A DNA stretch of 64,000 bases from Eledone cirrhosa (lineage: Eukaryota), in contig OZ024749.1 of the NCBI GenBank assembly GCA_964016885.1, positions 55,738,001-55,802,000 of the forward strand, in the 5' to 3' direction. The notes beneath the pieces are model-generated. The model did no database searches. It was not told the DNA's origin and worked only from the letters and a program-made list of their open reading frames with translations. The position numbers and the translations under genes were made by a program. Shown here piece after piece: positions 28,251 through 42,394 of the stretch. How positions within the stretch are numbered: the first letter of the stretch is position 1; each line of letters begins with the position of its first letter.

Positions 28251-28993
28251 ATGTCTCTGTGTGTAGTTTAATGGCGTGAGAAGAAATATACGTGAGTGTG
28301 TGTATGACTGTATGTCTGTGTTTGTTTAGACATCGGTGGTGGTGGGATTGATAGTGATTTTGTTGTTTATAGTGGTGGTGGAGTAGGTTGTGGTGGTGGT
28401 GGTGGTGGTATAGTAGTTGGTGGTGGTGGTGTTGGTGGTAGTGGTGGTGGTGGAGTAGGTTGTGGTGGGGGTGGGGTGTAGTAGGCTGTGGTGGTGGTGG
28501 TGGCGGTGTAGTAGTAGTAGGTGGTGGTGGTGTAGTAGTAGGTGGTGGAGTAGGCTGTGGTGAATTATAACGATTTACATTTTCTTTCTTAGAATATCTT
28601 AAAATGTTTCTCTTCGGTTTTCATCTTGGGAGTAATTTTTAATCTTTACGACCGAGTATTCTGAACAACGGAAAATGACAGGAAAGCTCCCACACTCGAA
28701 ATTATTACATAACACCACAAACATATATAGACACATGCATATTATATATATATATGTATATATATATATGTGTGTATATGTATGTAGACACATATGTACA
28801 TACACACACATAATATTCATGAGAAATAATACACATACAAAGGCATATACGCAATACAATACACACACAAACAGTATACAAATGCACACACTCACATGGG
28901 TACAGTTGTTAATGCACATATAACTTTCCTTAAGCATGCACACATGTGCATAACACGTGTGATTCTCTGTAAGTGTATGCATAAACCATGCTG

Positions 28994-29035
<42 letters not shown>

Positions 29036-29275
29036 TAATAGTATTATAAGCTTTTGCCGTTGTTTTGACTTCAGAAAATAGTCTAATAGCAGGGTATATA
29101 AGCTCCCATTATGAGAATACAATTGGGCATCAGCAGGTATTCTGATGCCAAATATTTCCCCCTCATTGGTTATATGTTCTGTTAATTGACTATTTTCTGT
29201 AGTCAGAATATGGTGAAAGCTTTTAATTCTATTTTCAAATGTGTTCAATAACCACAATAGTCTAAAACGCACGTG

Positions 29276-29330
<55 letters not shown>

Positions 29331-29335
<5 letters not shown>

Positions 29336-29490
29336 TTTTGCAAGGTTTTTGATTGCCAAATAAATTAACTATAGAGATAAAAGATATAAAAGATACAGAA
29401 GCGAAAACCAACCAAACAACCGTGAGTGTGTTCTGTTATTATTTCTGCCAATATTATTACAACAATATGACCCTCCCCAAGTATAACAAT
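29331..29490 (-). mobile_element. Diverged relative of fold-back family B between TA arrays
   Basis: Minus strand starts ttgttatacttggggagggtcatattg (cf. 402-428) and ends aatcaaaaaccttgcaaaac (cf. 523-541). Confidence 0.55.
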
Positions 29491-29592
29491 ATATATATAT
29501 ATATATACTGGAACGTACAAGAATACACCATGAACAGAGATATGCCTTCTAAGGCAGAAGTATGTTTGATATTTCAGTGCTGAAAAAAAATG

Positions 29593-29845
29593 TATCAGTA
29601 ATAGACTGGAGTCGATTTAATGGATTTTACCTTCCCCCAAAATTGTTGGTAGTGTGCATAAATTAGAAGCCATTATGTGCATACAAACGGCAGTGGATTG
29701 GCAGGATCGGTAGAGCATTGCACAATATACTTAGTGGAATATAGTTAGGACCAGTTTCGTTCTGAGTTCAAATCCCGTCGAGGTGAACTTTACCTCTCAT
29801 CATTTCGGGATCGATTAAATAAAATCCCACTAACGCAGTAAAGGT
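29593..29845 (+). mobile_element. Two tandem partial SINE family A copies
   Basis: A 3' part is followed by a head/body copy from ~29690. Confidence 0.75.
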
Positions 29846-31236
29846 CAGAGAGAAAACAAAACTAGATTGAAGACATTAGGTATATAACATTCAATATTCT
29901 AGTATTCTAACATCCATTCCATATTTGGTCTGTAATATTGAACCTACTAATTATTATTCCTAAACATATTCTATTTCATTGGCAACAAATTACGACATTT
30001 TTTTAACTTGTCAACACAGTTTTTTTTTCTGTAACTGTAATGTTATATATTTTACTGACATGTTGTTGTTGTTGTTGTTGTTGTTGCTGTTGTATTTTAT
30101 TTCTTACTTCGCAGCTGTCATTTCTGTTTGGCTTATTTCTTTGTGACGAAGCGAAACATTTACACAGATCACCTGAAAAGTGACACTTTGGAAACCCCAA
30201 CTGCTAAAACATATAACACACACACACACACACCACACACACTATATACATTTATAAAAGTACTTTTTTTTTTTTTTAATTAATATTTTGCTTTATTTTT
30301 GTTCGTTGTTAACTGCTAAATGTGTACATCAACTCTACAGAATTTTGAAATCTGACAAGTGAAGGTTTCTTTCTATTTTCATTCAAATATATATGTGTAT
30401 ATATATATATATTTTATTGCCATCCGTTTTTTAAAAAATGGGCATTCATAACGATTTTGTTTTATAAAAGCTGTAAGACCTAATTATATGTTTTGTTTAG
30501 AGAAAGCAATAGTTTATATTGTGTATTTTTATATATTTCTATAGTATACTTATGTTATGTAACACTGCTGTTCCGAACACGTTAGTGATAAACGTATGAA
30601 ATATAAGTTTCTGTCTATTCTTTATGTTGGTCTTCACAAACTCGTTAACCCAAATCTATAGTTACTCTGTAATTAAGAAATTTACTGCTGAAACATTAGA
30701 TATGAAATTGTGTTTTATAATGTAAAACTTTCAACCTAAGCAGGAAAACTATAAACTTGCTGATTCAAACTATTCCATCAGTCACACAACGGCGACATTT
30801 TCTCGTCATATGACTATGCACCTTCGACTCAGAGACATTGTAATGCATTATCATACACAATACGAGACTTGCTTGCCTCTCATAGTATCGTATCCACCCA
30901 GTACATCAAGATAAAAATCGACCTGACATTGCTACATACCTGATGCCCCTTATGGCGGTGTGTTGTATCATACACGATATACATTTAGGTATATACCAGT
31001 GATTCCCAGCGTGAGGCGTAGATAGACTCCACCAGGTTTTAAATGCCTCCCGAAGCACAGTGTGTCATCTCTACGGCAGGTCTTACGGCTCTATTAGGAG
31101 TTACGTGTCCCTAACATACAGAGAAGTACTTGTCTAGTACTTATTTTATCGCCAAGCAGAGGTATGAAAACCAAAGCAATGACTACAGTGGAATTAGAAG
31201 TTGAAACATCCCAGAACGTAATTAGAAACTGTGAAT

Positions 31237-31412
31237 AATGGCTTCTGATTTAGGTACAATGCCAAAGATTTTCGTGAGAGTGGGGAGGGGAAAGTCTATT
31301 AAATCGACCCTACTGCGTGACTGGTACTTTATTTTATTGACCCCCGTAAGGATGAAAGGTAAAGTTAATCTCGGCAGGATTTGAACTCAGAACGTAAAGG
31401 GACGTAAGCACT
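31237..31412 (-). mobile_element. SINE family A
   Basis: ctggtactttattttattgacccccgtaaggatgaaaggtaaagttaatctcggcaggatttgaactcag. Confidence 0.85.
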
Positions 31413-32000
31413 GTGTTGGAACATAATGTAAGTAATGCGTGATTCTACGGCTGCGTCTAATCGATCAGTTTATGAGGATATTTATTGATTATATATTGAT
31501 TATGAAACAAAACATTGAATGCAACACTTTTGTCCTGGAACATACAACACAGAGTTGAGAAGACGTAGAGAATGTCTATAGAATGGATCATTCCAGTTCT
31601 CATGTTATTTCTTTCTTTCTTTTTCCAACATATGTTATCATTGAAATTTATATGAAAATTTATTTAAATTTGCCTTCTTAAACATGCATAAATTAAAATA
31701 TCAATTAATTATTTGCCTTCGTTAAGATATCTGAGAGATATATTCCTTGGAATTCTATATTCATAATCCCTTAATATCGATTCCTATTTCTGGTGATGGT
31801 AATGGAATATGTTAATGAAATGCTGCAGAGCGATTAGTCAGTCAAAGAGATGCTAGAGAAATATTTCTATCATGGCTCAGACACAGAGAAACACTGCAAT
31901 TCAGGACCAGTTATTAACAAAACATATTTATTCCAAAGTATCTCTGTTGCATACAGTCATTAGTTGTATGAATCTATAGTTAATATTAACGGTTAGAAGT

Positions 32001-32378
32001 GTGGTGGATTGGCAGAATCGGTAGTTACATTCCTTTATATTCTAAATTTAGCATGTCTCTCAGCCTTACTGGGTCGATAAAATAAAGTACCAGTAACACA
32101 CTTGTGTCGACTTGACTTTCTCATCTCCTAAAATTGTTGATTTTATTCCTGAATCAGAAACCATTATATGTATGATGGGCGTTGGATTGGCAAAATCGGT
32201 AGAGTGCCAGACAATATGCAGCATAGAGTTATGTCCTTTTACGTTCTGCGTTCAAATCTGAAGTTAGCATTGCCTTTCAGCCTTACGGATAAAGTACCAG
32301 TAACACACTGGAGTTGATTTAATCGACGTTCCTCTCCCCCCAAAATGCTTGGCCTTGTGTCTAAATCAGAAACGATTA
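32001..32378 (+). mobile_element. Two tandem SINE family A copies
   Basis: Heads (gtgg/gttggattggca.aatcggtag) at ~32001 and ~32178, each ending aatcagaaac.att. Confidence 0.8.
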
Positions 32379-32402
32379 CTTGCATTATCTCATTAGGTAC
32401 TT

Positions 32403-32533
32403 GAAAGCTTTGGTCAGCCTGGGGTTATGATAGAAACTCTTGCCCAATGTTTACCACAGTGGTAACCACAGTGGTATTGAACCTAATACTATGTAGTTGA
32501 GTAAGAAATATTCTAGCCAGACAGCCATAGCTG
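32403..32533 (-). mobile_element. tRNA-derived SINE family C, 5' part
   Basis: Minus strand cagctatggctgtctggctagaat...ggttcaataccactgtgg...ttgggcaagagtttctatcataaccccaggctgaccaaagc. Probable middle parts of the same family at ~3330-3366 (+) and ~63310-63395 (-). Confidence 0.55.
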
Positions 32534-33124
32534 TGCATGTGTTGATGTCTTCCTAAATATCGACAAATCAAATTAAAGACCAATATTCTATCGTTGTCTG
32601 ACAGCTGTGACCTTTACTCGATGGATCTTTGCAATTTTTAGAATATTTCTTTGTCTATTCTCTCAGTTAATTTTTGCAGTTAATTTATTTAAATAATCCT
32701 TCTAAAAGATTCGAAATTTAACGAATTTCAATTATTCATTTGTGCTAATTCGTATTTCGTTAAGACACTTTTAAATGCATTGTTTCTCGTAATTATGCAA
32801 ACCCATTAGTTATATTCTAATCGAAGTAACGCATAACACTACATACACCAAGAATGTTTCACAAAGCCATATCCTCCTATTTGAGTCTGTAGAAGTGGCG
32901 TAGAAATCAGAAAGCGTATGAAAATATTTTCCTGTATTTCAAATTGCGTATATTTCGAGTCCACATTTCTTCTCTCAGAGCAAGAATAAGGTATTAGTAA
33001 TATACTGGTTCAATTCTATCAAGTACTATAGAAATAAAAGCTTGCTATTTTATAAAAATAAATCAATATTAATACTCAGTATTATTAGTATCGATGCGCA
33101 AATACGAGATGTATGTATGTAAGT

Positions 33125-33455
33125 ATGGTACCGTAATTCCTGAAAGTCTCGTAGGAGCATTGTATTGACATACGTCATTTCTAAGGCATTTTTTAAAACC
33201 TGGTGGAGCCCATCTTCTCCCCAGGCCTGAACACACGAAATTTCTTCTAAAGAAGGCTAAATAGTTGGAGAATGGACGTGATAAAGTGTTATAAGAGAAA
33301 GAATCTACCTCAGTACTAGACTGGTACATTTTTTTTTATCGAACTTGAATGGATAAAAGCAAAGTTGTCTTCGTTGGGATTTGAACTCAGAGAGCAGAAA
33401 TTCAAAAGGAAAGCATTTTATCCGACGTTCTATGACTCCGACAATTCGCAGCCTT
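33125..33455 (-). mobile_element. Repeat X (33125-33275) + diverged SINE A (33315-33455)
   Basis: Mirrors 34739-35075; a third X copy lies at ~31000-31112. Confidence 0.6.
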
Positions 33456-34738
33456 ATCAAAGGCATCTCTCAGAGAAGCTATATATATTACATTACGGGT
33501 GACTATACGGAATGACCAGTTCTATCCAGTGGTGAACCAATAAACCTAAATGAATATATATATATATACATACATTAAAATTAAGTGAAAAAACCTCTCT
33601 ATATATGGGAGAAGAAACGAGATAAAGAAAAAAATGTTCTATCTAAACTCGCATATATATAGATCTCCCTACCAAATGGGAAAGGATTCTTATTGGGCCC
33701 ACCAATAATTGAAGAATCCACCATACTCTTTGGAGAAGTTTAATTCTTCAAAATATAAGAGAAATTGACCAAGAAATCGTACATACTGTTCCATTTTCAG
33801 AGACAGTATGACTTTATAACTGTTAATCTAACACACATTGATAGATTCGTACTGTATGACATTTAATGTCAAGTATTAGTAAATGAAGATTGTCATTTCT
33901 TCATTGCTTTACTTCAAGTAGTTAGGCTAACTTCTTCAATACTAATAGACTGGTCTTATTCATTGTATTACATTATACAATGAGGAATTAGTTAGTTCTT
34001 GCGCCATCTATTGTGATTATTCTCATTTATTTCCTTCCTCCCATCTCTACCTGTATAGTAATAGCATTTTATTTGAAACATATATACATCCACACTCTTA
34101 CTTTCTCTCTCTGTCTCTCTGTCACAGACACACTATAGGGAGAGAGGCGCGGCGTTTTTCTGAATGTATTTGTGTGTGTGTGTGTGACTATATATATATA
34201 TATATGTGTGTGTGTTTGTGTGTGAATATCTCTATATGCATATCTCTTTCTCTCTCTTTACACACACCCACACACCCACACACCACACACACGTGTGTGT
34301 GTGTGTGTGTATGTCTCTAAATACATGTACCTCTCTCGCTCTCTCGCTCTCTCTCTCTATCGCTCTCTCTCTCTCTATATATATATATATATTTATATAT
34401 GTGTGTGTATATATATATTTATATAATGTGTGTATAATGTGTCTATATACATACCCCCTCTCTCTCTCTCCATATATATATATATATACAGTGTGTGTGA
34501 GAGAGAGTTTGTCCTATCCTTTCCTCCTCTTTGTATATGTAACTTCACTTCTGGAATGTTCGACAAAGATCCCATTAGTGTTCAGCATGGTAATTAATTG
34601 AATCTGACCACTCCAAAATCTGACCATTCTAACAACTGACCACTCCAACGAACGACCACTCCATCAATTCGCAGGTGTGTGATTGTTATAAGAGCTTTTG
34701 TATATATCTTATATATATACACGCCTTTATATATATTA

Positions 34739-35075
34739 GGCGTGGAATTATCAGAATCGTTAGAACGTCGTATAGAATGTGTTGCAGTTTATGTTCCGGT
34801 TTACTGCTTTCTGAGTTCAAATCCCGCCGCGGTCAACTTTGTCTTTCATCCATTCTAGATCGATAAAAAAAACGTACCAGTCAAGGGCTGGTTTCGTTTC
34901 GTTCTCTATATATTTTTCTCATTTCCATTCTGTCACTCTCACTATAATTTTCTGAAGGAAATCTGCTGTATTTAAACCTGGAGAGGATTTGGTTCTACTA
35001 TGTTTTTAAAAAATGCCTTAAGAAACGCCGTATGTCAATGCGGAACGCCTACGAATCACCCAGAAGTTACGGGAC
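34739..35075 (+). mobile_element. SINE A (34739-34892) + repeat X (34925-35075)
   Basis: ttaaaaaatgcctta.gaaa...cgtatgtcaat is the reverse complement of ~33160-33197. Confidence 0.6.
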
Positions 35076-35205
35076 CCTTCAGATCATACATATGTGTGTT
35101 ATTGACGGGGTACTGGCAAAATTGATTATAGTTCTTGTAAGTCCTTGTTAAATTCTGTACATGCATACATATATTCACCAGGTATTGACAGCTTATATAT
35201 ATCTT

Positions 35206-35277
35206 TATTAAAATAACAGATTAAAGTTTAAGCAAAGAATCGCTGCTTTCACCCTTAACGGGATCTTCTGAAACTAG
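35206..35277 (-). ncRNA. Second copy of the family D hammerhead candidate (35225-35275) between TA runs
   Basis: Identical to 2248-2318 except one change in the stem III loop; same outer boundary (tattaaaataacag). Confidence 0.6.
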
Positions 35278-35280
35278 TAT

Positions 35281-35313
<33 letters not shown>

Positions 35314-35317
<4 letters not shown>

Positions 35318-35458
35318 CATCATCTTACGTCCGCTTTTCCCTGCTTGCAAGGGTGGACGGGTCCTATTCAGCACAGCATCTCTCCACTTGTCACGGTCCT
35401 TCGTCATCGCCTCCGTGAACTTCAGCGATCTGAGGTCTGCTCTCACCACCTCTGCCCA
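35314..35458 (-). pseudogene. 5'-truncated RTE-clade LINE 3' end
   Basis: Minus frame VRADLRSLKFTEAMTKDRDKWRDAV matches RTE ORF ends, followed by ...ggacgtaagatgatgat tail. Confidence 0.75.
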
Positions 35459-35515
35459 TATATATATATATATATATGTTGTGGGAGATATGTCCCTTAC
35501 TCGTTTGTGTGTGTG

Positions 35516-35547
<32 letters not shown>

Positions 35548-36426
35548 AATATTAGAGCTAAATAAGCACAGTATGTCTATTAGCCCTATAAAGACAGGAT
35601 TTCAATTTGACTGAATTATACACAAGAATATTCTATGTTTGAAGAATTATTGTAAAAGTAAAAAACTAAAATATGATGATTCAACATCTCACGCCATTAA
35701 ATATGAAATGTCCAATTTCGAATTGAAAGTTTAGTTCATCAGACATTTCATACGTAATGACCTAATAGAAACAAAAATATATATAATTTAAAATTCATTA
35801 CCAGGGGGAAGATATATAAATGAATGAATAAATAAATAAATGAATAAAGAAAGAAAGAAAGAAAAGGACACGACATGAATATCTTGCTTAGTTATTTACT
35901 AGAGAAATTTGTCTCTATTTGTTTTAAATAGTAGGAAAGGAACATCATGTCAGACAGAAATTAATAGTTTGGATAGACAGAGTTTAACTAATGACAAGTT
36001 TGTCAGATTTGATATAAGGAACAAACTCGCACATCCGATTACTGTACAAATCTCTAATTAACAAGAACTGCTTAACTTCGAACTTGAAGCCCATCAGTCT
36101 TGACAGATGTGTCTTGGCTGTAATTTCAGAGAACGTCCGTCAACAATATGGTGGCCAGGCTAAGAGAAACATACAATTACTGTTTACTTTCAGTACATCT
36201 TTTACATTTCAATTCTACTTTTCAACGACATTCACGCAGAGGGAGAGAGGGAGAGAGAGAGGGAGGGAGGGAGGGGGAGAGTGGGGGAGAGAGAATTCTC
36301 TTCACTATTTCCAAGTGATGGCTTTCAACGAAACGATACCTGCAAAACTTTCTGTCGTCTCATTGAAACTTTAAGTGTGTGTGTGTGTAGATGAATATGC
36401 ATACAAGCATGTCTGCATGCATACAA

Positions 36427-36466
<40 letters not shown>

Positions 36467-37331
36467 GAGTGAAGAACTCTTGCGTTACTATGGAGGAGTG
36501 GTGCTAGAGCTTGCATCTATACATCGCTCCTTCTCTCTCTTTCTCTCTCGTTCTCTGTCACTCTCTCTCGTTCTCTGTCACTCTCTCTCGTTCTCTCTCT
36601 CTCTCTCTTTCTCTCTCGTTCTCTGTCTCTCTCTCTCTTTCTCTCTCGTTCTCTGTCTCTCTCTCTCTTTCTCTCTTTCTCTCTCGTTCTCTCTCTCTCT
36701 CTCTGTCTCTCTCTCTCTTTCTCTCTCGTTCTCCCTCTTTCTCTCTCGTTCTCTATCGCTCTCTCCCTCTCTCTCTCCCCCTCTCCCCCCCCCTCTCTCC
36801 CCCTCTCCCCCCTCTCTCTCTCTATGAATAAATAGACGTATTTCTTGCAAAAGACTATTTACCAACTAGTGACGGCCAGTCGTGTAACCCAAGAAATATT
36901 TTATCTTGTGTAAATAAAGTCTATAAGATACTTTCCATGCACAGTTAAATCGATTTAATTCACATACGTTACTAATGGCGGTAAATAATGAAGAATTAAC
37001 GCAATATTCCGTTGCTCGCCTTTTGTGAATATAAGGAACATAATATTTAAGTGAATATAAGCATCAATATTTACCAATAATATTTATGAGTCAAGGAGGG
37101 GAATCTTTAGGTGGTCATTCGACCGGCCAGAATATGCAGCCAAGTTTATCTCAAATCACATTGTACTGTCTTAAAACTGTATGAAGCATTGGTAAATGTA
37201 GCCATGTAAGATACAATAACTATGGTATGGTCAGAGATGGTAAATATTTGATTACATCTCTGGTGAATGAAGGCTGACCTGGGGCAAAACAGCCACATTC
37301 GAAATGTTTTACGAGCCGAACGAACGAGCTT

Positions 37332-37690
37332 ACCATGTCTGGTACTCTATCACCACTGGACTCTACCATCTCTGGTACTCTACCAGCTCTGGTATTCTAC
37401 CATCTCTGGTACTCTACCATCTCTGGTATTCTACCATCTCTGGTATTCTACCATCTCTGGTAATCTACCATCTTGGGTATTCTACCATCTTGGGTATTCT
37501 ACCATCTCTGGTATTCTACCATCTCTGGTATTCTACCATCTTGGGTATTCTACCATCTCGGGTATTCTACCATCTCGGGTATTCTACCATCTCGGGTATT
37601 CTACCATCTCTGGTAATCTACTATCTTGGGTATTCTACCAATTCTGGTACACTATATCTCTAATAATCTTCTCTAATCTACCATCCGTTG
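37332..37690. repeat. 17-bp minisatellite (taccatctctggtattc), about 20 copies
   Basis: Direct reading; unit contains the inverted pair TACCA/TGGTA. Confidence 0.9.
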
Positions 37691-37705
37691 TACTTTATCA
37701 TTCTT

Positions 37706-37740
<35 letters not shown>

Positions 37741-38538
37741 CTTCGCATTCTCTTTCACCCTATCTCTCTCTCCTTCTCTCTCATCGTCTCTCCTTTTCTC
37801 TTTCTCTCTCTCTCTCTCTCTCACTGTCTAACCCCTTCGCATTCTCTCTCCTTCTCTCTCACTCACCCTCTCTCTCATCGTCTTTCATTTTCTCTTTCCC
37901 TGTCGCTCTCCCTCTTTCTTTCTTTGTCTCCTTCTCCTCTCTCTCTCTCTCTCTACACGATCACCCGCATACTCCAATACCACTATAACCCCACCACCAC
38001 CAACTTATCGTGTCTATCAAATATAAACACTACAGGAATTCTTTCACTATACACTCACCAGACTCACTCACCAGACTTCACTCACCATACTTCACTCACC
38101 TGGTTTGTTCTCACACAATCAAATATATTGCTTACGTAAGCAACGAAATATTTAAGTGTTTACGTGGGAAACATTTCTTTCCATCGTCTTGGACAAAACT
38201 TCACAGAAACATGGTTCTAATTATACAATTTGTAGGATTCTTGCCTTCAGAGACATTATTTAATTATATTTTAGTTATTTATTTTATATTTTTATTTTAT
38301 TTTTATTTCATTTATATTTTTATTTTTATTTCTATTTCTATATTATTTTCATTCTTTTATATTTTACTTTTATATTTTATTTATATATTATTTATATTTT
38401 TTACTTTTTATTTTATTTTATTTATTTTTTATCTTTATTTTTATTTTATTTATTTTAATTTATTTTTATTTATTATTTTATTTTTAGTTTTATTTTATTT
38501 TCGTTTTTTTCTATATATTTTGTATTTCCACATTTCGT

Positions 38539-38579
<41 letters not shown>

Positions 38580-39395
38580 TCTTTGGATCACTAACTGCTT
38601 TCAAGTCAGAACAAACATCGGTACCTTCTGTTAAAACAGTATTGTGTGTGTGCGTGGGTGCGTGTGTGATTGGATATATGCATGTAAGTGTATACCATAT
38701 GAGTGTGTAATTGTATGCCTTGTGTGTGTGTGTGTGAGAAAGATTGCCTTTGTATATATGTAAGGCTATAAACGTTAGAGAAAGATTGCGTATGAATGTG
38801 TAAGTCTATATATATGTATGTCTGTATGTGTGTGTTGGAGAGAGGGGGAGAGAGAGACAATGCTTGTGAATATATGTGTGTATGTATACGTATGTTGAAT
38901 GTGGGTGTATTTGCAAGATGCTGTAGTTGAATGTTGAGAAACATTGATGTAGAAAAATAGTTTTTTTCCCTCTCTTATAAACAGAAACACACTGAAATGG
39001 AAAAGAGAAAAAATATATCAATTGTTGTACTACATATATATATATATATATATATATACGTGTGTGTGTGTGTGTACCTAGCTATGTATGTGTATATATA
39101 TTGCTATTTAATTAGTTAGTTGGCTAGATGAATACCAGTATAGATATTTATAATATTGGAGAGACAGAAGATTACCTAAATATAGATGGTCCCATAAACT
39201 ATACGCCTCTGTGTTTATGTATATATATATATGTATATATATATATATGCAAACGCATACATCCATAGCTCTAAAAGCGGCCCACATAGACATATACACA
39301 TGCATATTTCCATAGAATAATACATGCGTAGATATACATACATTACATAACAGTTTACACACACATATGTATCTCTCTCTCTCTTTCTGTGCATG

Positions 39396-39426
<31 letters not shown>

Positions 39427-40369
39427 GCTAAGTTATTTGCGACAGGAATGAAAAAAAGAAATTGCACACAAATGAACACGAAAAACACTGACAAAAATCC
39501 CCCCCCCCCAAAAAAAAAGCAACAAAACAAGAACTATAATAATAAAATATCATATATAGAAGCAGACATTCTGATCCATAAAAATAGATTTTAAATATAG
39601 CAGCGGGTTGGTGGAATTTAGGAGAGGACAAGACAATGATAATTACCATAATGATACAAATGGAAAAATGTGTATTGTCGTGTGTTTACGTGGCTGACGT
39701 CCATCTTAAAGCGACTAGATTATATAGAAGAAGGAAATGTACTTATGTAGCTGGGTCAACAACAAAATAGAACGCCTTCCTGTGTATTGTTATGTGTCAG
39801 GCAAGATGAGTGCAACACGGCAATGATGAATAGAAACATGGCTGGATGGACCACAGTGCAAAAAAAAAAAGGAGAAATAAAAATAAATGTAAAGAATGTT
39901 AACAATAATAATAATAGAATGTTGAGAGAGTTGGTTATAAAATTAGTTAGTCAAGTCGGTACATTTTTGAAGTTGTTTACGTTGTTAGTAGTAGAGGTGG
40001 TGTTGGTGTTGAAGGTGTTTGTGATAGTGTTGGTGAAGGTTTTGGTTGTGTTGGTATTTTTAGTATTGTTGCTATTAGTATGTAGAACTTGAGGTGTCGG
40101 AGTTGGTGAAAATGTTATTGCTGTTGGTGTTAGTGGTGTTGGTGCTGGTGCTGATGTTTGTAGTAGTGTTGAAGGTGTTCGTTATATTGGTATTGTTATT
40201 AGTAGTATTGTTTGTACTAGAAGTGCTTGAGCTGTTGTTGGTGGTGGTGTTGGCATTCATGTTGATGGTGTTGATGTTGTTGATGTTGGAGGTAGAGATA
40301 GTGTTGGTTACATTGGTATTTTCATTAGTATTGTTGGTACATTAACTTCTGATTTCACAACCCATCTGT

Positions 40370-40494
40370 AGATAACTTTGCCTTTCATCCTTATGGGATC
40401 AATAAAATAAAGTACCAGTAATACACTGGGGTCAATTTAATCGACTTTTCCCTCCCCTAAAATTGTTGGCCCTCTGCCTAAATCAGAAACCATT
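40370..40494 (+). mobile_element. SINE family A, 3' part
   Basis: aactttgcctttcatccttatgggatcaataaaataaagtaccagt. Confidence 0.8.
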
Positions 40495-41084
40495 ATTACA
40501 TTATATAAAACTTTATCTATTGAACACCTTCCTGTATATCTCTCGTTTTATTACAAACACACACACTCATATTTATGTGTGTGTGTGTGACATAGATGCA
40601 TGCATGTACATACACAAATATCGGTTTCTCTTAAGACACAAGGAAGAGCAAATATTCTGACGTAATTCCTCGAAAAATAAACAAAATATTCCCCAAACTA
40701 TTATGAATTCCTGCAAAGTAGAGGAGGGGGTATAAGAGTTGGTGGCGTGGGAGTAGTAGTAAGAGGTAGAGGAAGGTGAGTGGAGGGGTGGTAAAATATG
40801 GAAGGTTTGCTTCATTAGAAAAATCATTTAATTAATTAACTAATTCCAAAACCATCGATTTTGAATACAAGGAAATATATTGAATTGTAGGGGGTGTTTG
40901 TGGGGTTTTGATATTGTTTTTTAATTTTTTTTATTATTTTCTTTATTTATATTGTTTTGTTTTTCATGTTTATATTTTGTTTTAGCTTGATGATATTTTA
41001 TATTTTTTAAAATTTTATTTTCTATCGTTTAAATACGATTTCTTATTTGATGAAAATGCAAACACACGAAAATATAATTTCACC

Positions 41085-41995
41085 TTGACGACAACGACGA
41101 CCTATGATGATATTGATAGTGGTGGAGGTGATGTTGTAGATGATGATGATAATAATTGATAATGATGATGATGATGACGATGATAGTGGTGATGATGATG
41201 ATGATGATAGTGATGATGATAGTGGTGGAGGTGTTGATGATGATAATGATAATAATTGATGGTGGTGGTGATGATGATAATGATAATAATTGATGGTGGT
41301 GGTGATGATGATGATGATAATTATTGTATTGTATTTTTCGTCCGTCTGTCACACAAATACTACAACCTTACAAATCTTTTCTAAAACCAGTTTTAGCTTT
41401 AATTAGTAAATATACTTTAAAAAATGTTGTTGGTATAGGGGGTGGTGGTGGTGGTGGTGGTGGTGGTGGTTGTGGTGGTGGTGGTGGTGGTGGTGGTTAT
41501 GGTGGTGGTGGTGGTAGTGATGGTAGTGGTTATAGTGATGGTAGTGGTTATAGTGGTGGCTGTGGTTGTGGTGATGGTTGTGGTGGTGATGGTAGTGGTG
41601 GTGGTAGTGGTTATGGTGGTGGTAGTGATGGTAGTGGTTATAGTGGTGGCTGTGGTTGTGGTAGTGGTTGTGGTAGTGGTGGTGGTGGTGATGGTAGTGG
41701 TGGTAGTGATGGTAGTGGTTATAGTGATGGTGGTGGTGATGGTAGTGGTTATAGTGACGGTTGGTCCTATGATGATAATAATGACGATGGTGATGATGGT
41801 AATGTTGATGAATATAGTGGGGCCGGGTGGGGTGTTGATGAATGTGGCGTCGGTACGTTATGGTGGTGGTGGTTGTCGATAATGGTGATGAAGTTAATGT
41901 GATAATGATGATGTGATAATGGCGGTGGTGTTGGTGGTTCTCATTACAATGACGACGACGACGACGATAACCTTAATAATGATGTTGACGATGAT
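41085..41995. repeat. (GAT)n and (GGT/AGT)n compound microsatellites
   Basis: Direct reading. Confidence 0.9.
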
Positions 41996-42394
41996 AATTG
42001 TTTCTACTTTTGGCACAAGGCCAGCAATTATCCCAGTGTATCACTGGTACTTTATTTTATCGACCCCGTAAGGATGAAAGGCAAAGTCAACCTCGGCGGG
42101 ATTTGAACTCAGATCGTAAAGGGACGTAACTATGCTGTAAAAACATGGCGTCTGACCCTCTACCGATACTGCCAATTCACTGAAGATGATAATGAAGAAA
42201 AGATAATAATAGATGATATGTTAGAGGGAGACGTTGTTGGTGTATAATTGTTTCTACTTTTGGCACAAGGCCAGCAATTACCAAGTGTATTACTGGTACT
42301 TTATTTTATCGACCCGACCCCGTAAGGATGAAAGGCAAAGTTAACCTCGGCGGGATTTGAACTCAGAATGGCGAGGGCCGTAACTCTATGCGTC
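41994..42394 (-). mobile_element. Two SINE family A copies, short-tail variant
   Basis: 41994-42181 and 42245-42394 both begin ataattgtttctacttttggcacaaggccagcaatta on the + strand. Confidence 0.85.

Noticed and set aside
30108-30203. Minus-strand exon (ttttagcag acceptor, GAA/GTAAGA donor)
   Set aside because: Splice-like motifs are common by chance; the peptide is unrecognisable and no partner exon is identifiable.
41324-41902. Gly/Ser/Tyr/Cys-rich ORF resembling a structural protein
   Set aside because: It is the translation of a (GGT/AGT)n compound microsatellite like many others here, with no signal peptide or splice evidence.
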